From assembly GCF_009914755.1 (NCBI RefSeq), contig NC_060927.1: a stretch of DNA of 64,000 bases. One strand, given 5' to 3'. The position numbers and the translations under genes were made by a program. The notes beneath the pieces are model-generated. The model searched no databases. It saw only the letters and a program-made list of their open reading frames with translations, and was not told where the DNA came from. Source of the stretch: the human T2T-CHM13v2.0 reference genome, Homo sapiens. Within the stretch, counting starts at the first letter, position 1, and each line of letters starts with the position of its first letter. Positions 41,456 to 54,700 of this stretch are shown in pieces.

Positions 41456-42042
41456 CTAGAGGGCTGGAACATTCCCTTAAAGGTGCGATTACCAGGGAAG
41501 GTTTGCCATCAGGGACAGAATGCCTAGAGCTCCCAGGGTGTAGGAACCAAGATGGTGCCCATAGAAGGCCCATGTACAGCTCAACACTGGAGCTAAGGTA
41601 CACAGCACAAGGCCTGGAGGGCTGAGGTTGGGGCCCTGCAACCCTCGCTTAAGTGGGCATGTACTTTACAAAGTGTTTCTCTTGACCTCGCCTGAACTTG
41701 GAGTGCAGGTCTCCCAACAATTCGTTCTTCTGTAGTCTCAGTTATGGTTTAGGGGAAATATTTTGGAAGGAACCAGTCTCTCTTGGCTAGGTTTAGAAGA
41801 CCGCAACCAAGTCACATCGTCAAGGGGATGTGTGCCTTTTAGGGCAGAGTGAGGAGGGGCACTCCAATCTCTCCCCTACCTTCTGCCTCACCTTACCTAG
41901 GACATATCTGGCTCAAACTCCCTTTGGTGCCAGCCTGCCCGTTTTCTCCATGGCAGTAGCACAGGCCCAGAATATTCACTTATCCACCTACACACTTTCT
42001 AACATCTCCTCTAGCCCAACAAGCATCCATTAACAGTCAAAT

Positions 42043-42225
42043 CAGGGATGGGAAATAGGTTTCATCTAATAAACCCATTCTGAGTATTAGTGATTGTTGG
42101 AGTGCTGTGCTGAGAAGGCTTCTGCGGCTGTATCCAGGCTCTGAGCTGTGACTGATTAGTAATGTCTGCTATGGGTGGAAGTTTGGAGAGTGGTAGCACA
42201 TGTGCCATGTACTTGTCATTTCTGA
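42043..42225. mobile_element. hAT-Charlie MITE (MER117-like)
   Basis: cagggatgggaaataggtttcatc...gtgctgtgctgagaagg...tgattagtaatgtctgc. Confidence 0.55.
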
Positions 42226-42395
42226 TTTAAATGGATTCTGGGATTGTACCCCCTCCAGGAAGTACCCTTCCACCTCCTAAAGGATCTCAGAAGACATCTT
42301 GGTTTGGGATCAGCCTTCAGGAATGCATCCCCTTCCTTGAGCCAATCTCTTTGCATCAGCCTGGCCTGTCCCACCTCTGCCGGAATCCAGCTTTA

Positions 42396-42749
<354 letters not shown>

Positions 42750-44442
42750 TTACAGCTCAGCTCTGCAAAGTAACAAGTGTTAAGAATCAGATGATAATTA
42801 TCCACTTACTCAGTGTGTCTGGGTACCAAGCCCTGTGGAAAGTGCTTCACGCAGATCATCTCACAGGGTATTCCCGCTGCCCATTTCACAGATGTGGAAG
42901 CTGAGGTTTCTCAGAGAGGTCAGGTGACTTGCCCAAGCAATGAAGGGCAAGTAGGAAGCTGGAATGTGAACCCAGGCAGTCTGGCTTCAGAGCCCACCAT
43001 CTTAGCCCCTTCAGTTTTCTGCCTTGGTTCTAGCTGTGAGATCTTGGGCAAATGACTCCCTTTCTGAAACTCATTTTTTCTCATCTGGGTAAGAATATTC
43101 TCTATCTCGGGGACCTATTGTCAGAGTTGAAATTTAATGTGGTAAAGTTCACAGACTCTACAGCACAGACAAGGCACAGAGGAGAGAAAAGAGAATTTTC
43201 TCTAATTGATGAGAAAAGACAAGGAATTTTCTCTAATTCATGAGAAAAGAGAGTAAGTGAGGTATTTTTCTTTTTTTCCAGAACAAAGGCAGCCAATATT
43301 ACACTTGCTTTAGGGTCTGAAAAGGCAGTTTGCCGCTGTCCTCTTCTTCTGTTGGAGTCTCATTACATTGCCCAGGCAGGTTGGGAAGATGAGCTGGTTC
43401 TAATCCTGCTGCTGCCTCTGCATGATTTTGGGTAAGTCATTGCCCTTCCCCGGCTTCAGTGGCCTCATCTGCAAAATAGGGATCACTGAGACCACCTTCC
43501 AGGACTCAGGGAGAGGAAGGTGGAAGCTCCTGGCCAGAGCTCAGCACACAGGAGGTTCTCTAACTCCGTCCTTGTCAGACGTCAGCTGAGGAGTGAGCCG
43601 CCCTCCACAGTGAGGACACTGAGGCTTGAGCTGCAGGCCGCTTGTCTGACTTACAGTGACCCTGCATCCCAACCGTTGCACCACTGAGCCTCCCAGTCTA
43701 GGCCCCAAAAACTCTCGAGGTCTGCCAGGCCCACGGGGTGAACAGAAAAGGAAGAACCTAGGCACATCTGATCTGAAGGCATCAGACCCAAAGGCAGATC
43801 CTACTCATGCAGTGCTGGGCCTAAGGCCCTTCCACGCCCCTCTCTCATCCCCACAAGGGTCCTGAGAGCAAGAGGTGGAGGCCCAGGAGGTGAGGTGCCA
43901 CAGCCAGGACGCACCCAGGCCTTCATTTCCTCTGGGACCTGGGGAGCGGCCATTTCCATGGAAAGGAATCTCCAGCAGCATCGGATCATCCTTCCTGCAA
44001 AACTCAGAGCAGTTCCCCTCCACGGGGGCCAGGTGGGGCACTGGATACCCTGCAAGGCCTGCTGTGCACCCAGCATCCACTTTAACCCTCAAGCTGGCTG
44101 AGAGAAGGGTACCTGTTCAGAGAGAAGCAGAGACTCACCTGGGGTCACATGGCAGATAATGGGGTTTGGATCCAGATCTGGGATCTGACACCAGACCTGG
44201 CCTGTTCACTCTCCCTGAGCCTAGCAGCCCCCTCTGCCATGTGTTTGCCAAAGATTCATGGCTGAGCATCTGGAAATCCAGTCTGTCTCAAGGAACAGAG
44301 AACAGAAGCTTCAAGAGACCCCAGTGGAAGCTTCTGGAAAGCCAGGGGTCAGAAGCAACATGACAAGAAGTCCAAGTGACACTCAAGGAATGTTTATGGG
44401 CATTGGGCTCCTGGAAGGGTGGGGCCCAAGCCTGGGGAGATA

Positions 44443-44538
44443 TGGAATCACTGTGGCCCAGCTGCATGCACCCCTGGAAAATTCCAGGTCTGGAATCACT
44501 GTGGCCCAGCTGCATGCACCCCTGGAAAATTCCAGGTC
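44443..44538. repeat. Perfect tandem duplication, 2 x 48 bp
   Basis: tggaatcactgtggcccagctgcatgcacccctggaaaattccaggtc at 44443-44490 and 44491-44538. Confidence 0.97.
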
Positions 44539-46714
44539 TTGCACTGAACCAGCCGTTCCCTTCGGGCCAGTAAACAATGCCATCATGTGGGGTTCCCAAA
44601 GCCACCTTTCTCCCCATCTTGGGAGTTTCAGACTTCCAGTAATTTTAAACTGTTTAGCAGGACCAGCCTTGGAGTAATGGTAATCATAGCTGTCCTAATG
44701 GTAACCAAGTTTGAATCCCAGCTGCGCTAACTGCTGTGTGCCCATGAACTTGCTATGTAACCACTGTGCCTGCCTTGTTTTGGTTTTTCTCATCTGCAAA
44801 ATGGCAGGTGCTCTCTCATAAGGTGGTTGAGAGGATTAAGAGAGAGCCTTCGGGTAAAACACCCACTGCAGTGAGCACACAGTAAATGCTCAGTTAAAGC
44901 TGGTGATTCTTACTTTCCAGTGTGTGGGTGAGCATTATTGCATTCAAGTTCCACAGCCTGGCTTTATGAAGCCCTGAGGCCCACATTACAGAAGGAGCTC
45001 CTGCTGGATTTGAGTGACATATGATGACGGGAGGAGAGGAAATGGTGAACGGTGCCTCCTGTACCACCATGAATGACACCAATAGAGACTCCAAAGACTG
45101 GGAGACACAGGTGAACCTTGCTAAACAGAAACCCAGTATATGGAAACGCATTTTCTTGGGGCTTAGAGGCATGGAGGGGGAAGGAGTGGGATTACAGAGC
45201 CCCATGCTGCATTTTACAAGACTTTTGTTATCCCCTGCCCCTTGCTATGTGCTCTGGAAATGGGAAGGCTGTTATTTCCCCTGCTGTGTGCTTCCTCAAT
45301 GGGGCCCCCATTAGAGCAGTTACTGGAGCATTTGGACACTTAGAGCAATGACAAGCTTTCGGGTTCTGGAATCGGAAAGACCTAGTTCAAGTCCAACCTC
45401 TGCTGTGTGACTTTAGGTAAGTGACTTGGCCTCTCTGAGCCTCAGATTAGACAGCTGTGAAGTGGGATAACCCAATGGATTTGTGAGCTAAGGGCCTGGC
45501 ACATGATAGATACATGGTAAAAGTTAGACCTCTCCCCTTTTCATGAGCTTTTTTCCTTGGACTGGCCTCTGAAAGCCAAGGGCACAGTGACTGAGTGGGA
45601 TATGCACCCCATTCCAACTCCCAGCCCTACCTGCTGCCCTTGCTGACTCAATACCAAGGAACCCTCTGGGCCTTGGAGGGCACTCACTCTGCCAGCAAAA
45701 GCCGATTAGCTATTGTCTCCAGAGAACTGTCTGCTCGTCACGCGGTGCCAAGGGATGACTAGAAAGTGGGAGTGCAGATCGCTGGGGTAGGGATTCGGCC
45801 ACCTGGAAGCTGTCCGACCCTAGGAACAACTCCTGCTGCCCCTGGAGCAATTAGGGAGAAGAGAATAGGAAGGGGAGGGAAGAGGGGAGTGGGTGGGTCC
45901 TGCTGAGGTCTCCTCTGGGGCTCCCTTGGACTGGGGCAGGGACAGGATCTGGAGACAGTGGCCATAGGGTCCAGGGAACTGCAACTGCTCTTCCTGGACC
46001 TGCGGCTATAGAGGGTGTGGCCTCTCCCTGTCTGTGTAAGCTTGGGGAATCCGCTTGGCCTCTTTGGGCCTGTCTGCATGTTCACCAGTACAATGGTGAA
46101 CCTGCCTCCCAGATGGCTACCAGGGCCTGGTATCCAACAAAGATCCTCAAAACTGGTTGAGCCATAAACATTTTCTAAACACCTACTATGTGCCTATCAC
46201 TCTTTTGGCACTCTGGCACTGGGGGAGCTGTCACCAGCAGGGGGTTAGGGGCACTGAGTGTGCCAATCCTAGCCCTGCCATGAACATGCTGTGTGACCTA
46301 GGACAAGTGCCTAGAGGTCTCTGAGCCAGGTAATCCTTCATGTACAAAATGATGTTGGTAGAGGACTAACAGGCTGCAGAGTTCTGCAGCACCCATAGCC
46401 CTGCCCCAACTGCTTTCTCAGTGATGAGTATGAGATAAGACCTTCCCAAGGTTACACACCAGGAAGTGATATAGCCAGGACTCAAACGAGGGCTCCTGGC
46501 TTTAAGTTTGGGGATGCTTTTATACCCCCTCACTCCTGTTCATCAGGGGGCATCCAGCCCAGGCTGGCCCAGCTTGGCCCAGTGGTTTTAGGGAAAAGAA
46601 TGAGATGAAGTGTGGGGCAGAGCCCCAGGAGTTAGGCATTAGGTAAAACTAGACACTGTGTACAGATAGCAACAGTGTCACGGCTGGACAAGGTCCCTGT
46701 GGTCACTCAGCAAA

Positions 46715-47044
46715 CATAGTCATGAGCCATGCAAGGCCGTTTCTGTCAGTGACAGACTGCATTTACCGCAGTGGTCTCATAATATTATAATACTGCATTT
46801 CTACTGTACCTTCTCTATGTTTAGATACACAAATACCATTGTGTTACAGCTACCTACAGGATTCAGTCTGGTCACATGCTGTGTAGGTGTGTAGCCTAGG
46901 AGCAACGGGCTGCACCATACAGCTCAGGTATGTAGCGGGCTGTGCCACCTAGGTATGTGTAAGCACACTCTACAATGTTGGTATGATGATGAAATTGCCT
47001 TAGAACATGACATGTCCCTGTCGTTAAGCGACACATGACTGTAT
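46715..47044. mobile_element. Tigger3a/MER7-like TcMar-Tigger MITE
   Basis: TIR-like ends (tagtcatg...catgactgta); internal gtagcctaggagcaa...ggct.caccata. Confidence 0.8.
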
Positions 47045-50000
47045 CTACTAACCATCTACAATGGGCCAGGCACAGCGAGAAACTCATACACTCATTGCAT
47101 GTGTGACTCTAATTCCACCCATCAACATTGCCACTGACCAGCCCTGTCTTACAGAGGGAGAAGGTAAGGCCTGGGCAGGGGCAGTCACTTGCTGGGAGTT
47201 GCTGAGCCTGGATTTGAACCCACATCCCACTGGGTCCCGAGCCCCTGCTTTGTCATCTGCTAAGAGCAGGCCTCCCTCTCGGGAAGACGTGTCTTCTGGT
47301 GGGGGTGGTCAGCCCTGTAGTGCTGCCACCATGTTGTATTTCTTGCCTGCCCCCAGACCTGACCCTGGAAGGAGTCCAGTTGCGGGTCTTTCATCCCTGG
47401 CTCTTGAGTTTCTCCCCAGTGCGGGAAGCCTGAGGCCTGACTTGGGGTCCTAGGCCACAACTCTGGGTGAGTCCCCACCCTCCCCTCTTGGAGCTCCAGT
47501 TCCCTCACCTGCCAGATGGGGTGGGGGTGGGGATGCTGTGTACCTGGCTAGCATCAGAGCTCAGGGCTGAGGATGTCCATTCCAAGGCACTTAAGAAAAT
47601 GGCAAGTGATAAATAAAACTGAATGAGTTCAAACACAATGTGAGCACCAGGGATCTGGTGAAGCCGGTGGTGGAAGTCGTCCATCTTTCCTATGGGTGCC
47701 AGGTTATAAATAAGTCCCTCCCTGCCTTCCTTCTTCCTTTCCTTTTCCTCCTTCCCTCTGGCCTGCGCTCCCTCCTTCCTTCCTTCTGCTGACAGGGCCG
47801 GCGTTGCTCCTTCTGTAGAACTTCCTGAGTCTGTTCTGTGCACAGGGCTGCCCGCCCTCTCAGAAGCAAGGCTCTCTGCCTGGCTCAGGCCTTAACTCCT
47901 GGATCTTTAGACCTGGGGCGGAGGCGGGCAGTGGACCTCTGAGGACTCAACATGGCAGGGGCTGGAGGCAAGAGTGACAGGTGCTGGGGCTTTGGAACCT
48001 GTGGCTCTAATATGCTCACACTGTCCACCCCTGCGTTGCTGTAGAGGATACTAGAATTGTGGGGTGTTGAACGTGGCCACTTTTCCAGAAACCAGGAGCG
48101 ATCGGCCATGTGGGGAGTGACACCTGCTTCCTGAGGTTTGCTCAGGGCTCCATGATAAGCGCTTTGCATTATTTCCTTCAATCATCACAAGATCTCCACA
48201 GGGCAAGTGCTATCATTCACCCCCTTTTATGGATGAAGACACTGAAGCTGAGCACATGGAGGGCCGGCCTGGGTCCAGGGCCAGACAGGCAGATCCAGGC
48301 CCTGTGCCTAGGCTCTGATCACTGGACTCTGGTGCCTTCCAAGATGTGGCAGCTGTTGTCAAAAAGAAATTGGGTGCATTTCATGATTTCAAACAAAACT
48401 CACTAGCACCATAGCAATGGCACAATTTCAACACTGGCTGCTCAGGGAGGGCCCTGTTGGGGATCTTTGACCGAAAGTTCCTGGTCTGTGAAATGGGTGT
48501 GAGGGTTCACTGAGAACCCGGACATAAAGTGCCACGTGTGCTGGGTGCTCAGTCACAGCTGGGCCCCAGTCTCTGGAAGGCTGTGTGCAGGGAGAAGGGA
48601 GCCAAGAAGGCCACATAACTGTCCCTGTCAACTTCCCTGGTGAAACTGATGTCTGTCTCAGGGTTTTTTGTTTGTTTGTTTGTTTGTTTTTGCACTTGGT
48701 GGCTGGGGATTGATGGAGCCCCAGCCTGACTTGGGGCACAGGAGCCCTGGAAACATGGAAGGCCCAGAGCTCAGATCTCAGGCCAGGGCGTGGGCTTCCG
48801 GAGAAGGAGTTAGGATGGTCACAAAGCCCAAGAACTTTTGATCCCAGTGAAGCTGGACTGTGTGAAGCTGCCTTGGACCAGGGGCGGCCTGAGCTAGTGC
48901 CCCAGCCAGAGGCAGGGAAGAGCCTTGGAAAGGGCCAGACAGACTCGGGTTGAAAATCCTGCCCTACAGTCTAACGTAGCTTTGTGACCGCAGGCAAGTC
49001 CTTCCCCTCTCTGGGCCTTGGTTTCTGAATCTCTAAGATGGAACATCGCAGCCATCTGTCTAGAGGGTGAGAAGCTCCTCCTGGCACACATGAGGCGCTC
49101 GGTCCATGTTACCCCTCCACCCCCTCCACCACCTGCTATCTGAGTTCTAATCTTGTACTGAATTGGGTTGCATGAGGCCATGTATCCGAGCTGATTCAGT
49201 CCTGTCCCTCTCTGAGGAAACGCAGCTGAGGGACAGGACCGAGGAGCCAGAATGCTTTGGTCTGAGTCATGGTTTTGCTACTTTCTAGCTGTGTGCCCTT
49301 AGCAAGCGATTTGCTGTCTCAGGGCCTTGGTTTCGTGGATAATAATAGCACCTATCTATAGGGTTGTTGTGAGGACTGATAATTAAATGGACTTCTATCA
49401 TAATAGCTCCCAACTAGTGGTAGCTATAAAAATAGTAAGAAGTATTATCATTATGCATTTGTGTTACACTCTTAGCTTTGTTCAAGGCTTATTCAAGTCG
49501 TCATGTACTACCTTCTTTCATATTTGGTATAAAACTTCTTCAAAGAAGGCTGCCTATTGTGCATTTCTTATAATGTCCTATGTGAAAGTTGATCCCAGAA
49601 TTCTCGTAAAGAGAAATGTCATCTTCCTAAATATTTTTCCTCCTTGTTGATAATTTGAGCTATGCAAATCTACCTTTTAGTTTTTAATTTTATTTTTCAT
49701 TTTAAAATTTTTGTTTTATTATTATTATTTTTTAAATTCAGTACTCTTTAGTATATTCCAGCAAATCACCCTAATTCCCTTTCTGTCTTGGCTGCCAGGA
49801 ACCTCAAGTCAGATTTAAATCTCAATCATGGCAGCAATTACAGCTGGTTTCTTTGCTTCCATTCCTTTTCTGGCTGGCTTTCTGTTTGACCGCATCCTGT
49901 GAGATGTATCTCTTGTGTCTTTAAACCCTCTATGGGAAGAGGTCATGTAAGAAATCAACTTATTATGTGTAAAATTGAGGTAGTTGGCCTAATAGACTTG

Positions 50001-50479
50001 GTTATTCAGTTTCTTGGGCAACTTTGGCTTGGGAGGGGGCAGGACAACAGATATTCAAGGGACCTCAGAGACCACCTTCTTATTTAGGGAAAATGAGGCC
50101 CATAATGTTATTTCTTATGTGCTATTAACTTTTAATTTGCTTGTCTGAAGGTGTAGTAGGGTTATCTATTTATGCAGCACATTCATTAGGAAATGTTGAA
50201 TCACAATGAATCACAAAAAAGTATTTACAATATCCTACTGACTGAAAAAGCAGATTATAAAACAGATCAGCCTGCACAGATGTCAGGGTCGCCCTCACCT
50301 GTGTGCTTATTAAAATCCAGCCATCCCTGGACTCTGGAGAGAAAGAACCAGGCTCTCTTAGGATGGGGCCTGACAACGATGTTTTCAAAAGGCTCCACAG
50401 CAAAATCTGAGGACTCTTTATTAGCTGGTGACCTCGAGCAGATTAACCCCCTTTTCTGTGCCTTGGTTTCCTCATCTTT

Positions 50480-50607
50480 TTTTTATATTTTTTATTTCCA
50501 TAGGTTTTTGGGGAACAGGTGGTACTTAGTTACATGAGTAAGTTCTTTAGTGGTGATTTGTGGGAATTTGGTACACCCATCACCCAAGCAGTATATACTG
50601 AACGCAG
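50480..50607 (-). mobile_element. Short L1PB-like 3'-end insertion within a MIR, 15-bp TSD
   Basis: ataggtttttggggaacaggtggt...ttacatgagtaagttctttagtggtgat; TSD ggtttcctcatcttt at 50465-50479 and 50608-50622. Confidence 0.85.
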
Positions 50608-50868
50608 GGTTTCCTCATCTTTAAAATGGGCATTACCATGGCAGCTACCTCAGGGGGTTGTCAGGGCGACATCTCAGCCCAGGGCTTAGCACACTGTAAG
50701 TGCTCAAAAATGCTCACTAAAGTGATTACTGTCACCAGTCCAACCCTTGTGCATTTCACACAGGGAAAACGGGGCTGAGGCCTGGCTCGGCCACCCTTTG
50801 GCTGTGTTGGCTATGGGTGGGGCCCTGCCCCTTGGACCTCGGTTTCTTCCCCTGGGAGGAGAGGATTA

Positions 50869-51213
<345 letters not shown>

Positions 51214-51329
51214 CTAGGGGCAGAAAAGGAGAAACAGAGCAAGAAACTTGCTGGTGGCTGGCCCAGGAGCCCAACATCTCTTCATGCTTTGGGCCCTAAG
51301 TTGGTTCCTGCCAAAAGCCAGAGACACCG

Positions 51330-51771
51330 TGCAGTGGGTTGAATGGCAGCCTCCAAAATATATATCCACATCATGATCCCCGGAACCTGTGAATGTGACC
51401 TCATTTGGGAAAATAGTCCTGTTGTTGTACTTAAGTTAAGGATATCACGATGAGAGCATCCAGGATTATCTGTCTGGGCCCTAAATGCAATGACAGGTGT
51501 CCTTACAAGAGACACAGACACAGAAGGATGATGGCCACGCAAAAACAGAGGCAGAGTTTGGAGTGATGCAGCCATAAGCCAGGAAATGTCTGGGGGCACC
51601 AGACGCTGGAAGAGGCAAGGAAGGATTGTTCCCTGGTCTTCAGAGGGAGGTGGCCCTGCTGACACCTGATTTCTGACCTCTGGCCTCGAGTCATGAGAGA
51701 ATAAAATTCCCTTGTTTTAAGCCACAATCAGTCTGTGGTCATTTGCTGTGGCAGCCATGGGAAGCGAATCC
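51330..51771 (+). mobile_element. MLT1C/D-like solo LTR
   Basis: gggttgaatgg...ggaacctgtgaatgtgacc...tggaagaggcaaggaaggatt...gttttaagccac. Confidence 0.85.
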
Positions 51772-54700
51772 ACACTCCTACAGCCGCCTTGCGCTGGTAC
51801 CCTCCTTCCGCTCTCCCTCCTGTCGAATGCCGCGCAGTGGTTAGAGAAGAATCAGAAGCCACTGCCTGGATTAAAATCCCAGCGTGATGGCCCTCGCTCT
51901 CTGAGCCTCAGTACCCTCTACTGTAATGCGGATGGTGATTGTACTTAACCCATGGGTGGTTGTGAATATCACATGAGGTGATTCATGTGGTCCATGAGCA
52001 TTTATTGAGCACCTACCAAGTGCCTGGCACTGTTGCAGACACTGGAACAGAGCAGCTCACCAGACAGAAGAGTGCCCACTTAGGAGTGGCCCTCACCGTG
52101 GATGCCTTGCAACGTGCTCGGAGCGTGCCTGGTGGACATGCAGCTGACACTGGTACTTTCTCCTCTTCTGGACAAGGGAGTGAGGTGTAGCCAGGTGCAC
52201 CCCTCATCATGTGGGGACCGGACAGAGTGGTAAGGGCCCACTTCCACCCACCATCTGCATTTCCAGATAATTCTTCCAGACTTGCAAGTCCACTCTCACG
52301 CACCTGCTCAAAGGCCTTGGGAGGCTGCTCACTGTCTTTGGAATAAAGCCCGTGTTTCCCAGCCTGGCACCCTGGCCCTCTCTTCTGACCCGCAACCTGT
52401 GTCTGCAGCCTTGGCTTTTGCCATGTGGCTTCCACCCAGCAGAGCCAGGCCAGCACTTTGCCTTCCTCCTGCCACACTGTGCCCATGCTGTGCCCTTCCC
52501 TGCTCTGGCACTGGCCACTGTTTGCCTGTCTATACATCCCCTCCTAAACTCCCTGGTACTGGGGTATGGATGACCCACAGTTGACAAACCCCAGGTGTAT
52601 TTGTACCTTGGAAGAGGGGCCTGGAAGGGTGAACCTCTCATGGAGGAAATTCAGGCGTGTGACCAGGAGGTGCGTGGCTCTGGTGGGGAAGACTCCCTCT
52701 GTCCACTGTCTGCTGTGCCCCTCAGAGGCCGGTGCTTCTCCTTGCTTCAGCCTTCCTTTCAAGCTGCCCCATGTCGCCCCAAGTAGCTGGTGTGCCACTT
52801 TATTTTTCCATGACAAGTGTCCTGTCACACCCCCAGGCCTTTGCTCCTGCTGTTCAGCAAACCGGGAACAGCCTTTCCTCCACTCAGCACTGTGAGCCCC
52901 TCTCAAGGGCTGAGCAGCCTCCCCTCCACCCCAGGAGGACAGTGGCCCTCTGCCTTTACTTGCCACAGTCTTCCCCGCAGCAGGCTTACCACTTCCCCAG
53001 ACCCCTGTCCTACTTGGGCCGTGGACCTTGGGGACAAAGACCAGTCTGATTCCTGCCCCTCAGGGCCTGGCACCTGAAGCCTTACAATTGTCCCACCCAC
53101 TAAATGCAGGTCCGAGTGTTACGAGCCTGGCCCGAGGTGTGCAGCCTGGCCCAAACAGTACAGCAAAAATGGGCCCCGCAGCGGGGCAACGACAGTCCTG
53201 TCATTGACCCAGCAAACCCTAGCTCTTCTTGTGTCTTAGTGAGGACAGATGGGGGTGGACAGGGAGGGGCACACACCCCTCATCAAACCTATGGCCTTCA
53301 GTCTACTCCTGTGAACAGCACTAGCAGCACACTGGGGTTGCAGGACTGGACCATGTGGCTGATGGGACCTCATGGTCTAATATATGGTTTTAGGGTTCTA
53401 ACAGTCTGTTGTTCATTGCCTCTTCACCCATTCATTCATTCAGTTTGCATTCCTGGAGCCCCCACTGTGGGCCTAGCCTGGTGCCAGGTTCTGGGGAGTG
53501 TGATGTGCATGCAACAGACCTGGCTGCCCATGGATGTCAGAGCTCAGTGGTTCCGGGAGTCCAGCAGCCTGTGGTTTGGGAGTCTGTCTTGGGTTCTAGA
53601 TGCGGAGTCTCCTCAGATGCTGACCATGAGATCTCCATCAGGAGCCTCCAAGGGCCAGGCTGGCTGAGACACCCCCACTGGGGGAGCCCAGGGATGGCTC
53701 CCTCCCTAGGAGACCTCACGCCAGCCTGCTTGTTGGTGCAGGCAAGCTCTTGGGATCCCATGTCCTGCATGCAGTGAGAACGAATGAACCCAGAGCCAGG
53801 TTAGGCTCATTTCACAGATGGGGAGACAGGCTGCCCTGAGACCAAGCTGCTGCTGTGGGGCAGCTCCTAGGCCCTGAGAGCCCAGGGTAGCCTTGATCTA
53901 AGTGCGTGGGAACACTTCCTCCACTGTTCTGTGCTGGGCTGGCCATCTGGGAGATCCATGTACAGAGCGTGCAGGCACGGCACACTGTAGCACGATTCCA
54001 GGAACCGCAGGAAGCTTCCCTGTCTTCCTCCTTTTGTCCAATTCTACCCATAGCCAACACCTGGAATTCCTCTACTTGACCTTTATTCCTTTAATTAAAA
54101 GCTCCAATTCCTTTAGACTTTCTGGGAGGGGAAGCCATCATCAGTTCTGGATGCCATGGTGTGAATGAGTTTCATTCAGGCTTTTTCCTGGGAATGAGTT
54201 TTGACAAGGGAGAAGGGAGAGTTCAAGAGGGCCGTGGGCCTCTGAGGGAGGGGCTATGACCAGCCAACACTGGCCTGTTATGGCAGTTTGCTGTGGCTTT
54301 GGCCAGCCAATTCCCTTCTCTGAGCTACAGTTTCCCCATTTCAACAATGGGAGTGTTCAATAAGATGGGTAGGTCCTGAGAATCCCAGGGGATCTGAGGT
54401 CTGCAGGCCCTGAAATGGTTTTCCTGGGGTCTGTTTTCACATTTTGGAGCTCCTCATAAGATTTGGTGCAAATTAAGGTTTTTGCCAAGAAAAAGTAGGT
54501 GAGGCCAGCCAAACTTCTGGGCCCTGCCTGATTGATTCCAAGAGAGGGGGAGTCTCTGAACCTTCTGAGTTCTGCGATTCAGAAGTTCCGGAGTCCACAG
54601 TGTAAATAGTTGATAATGTGGGTGTTCCATTTTGGAAGTCAGGCCATATCATGCTGGGGCTCTGTCATGCTGGGAATCCACAGGCCAGGCATTGAGATCC

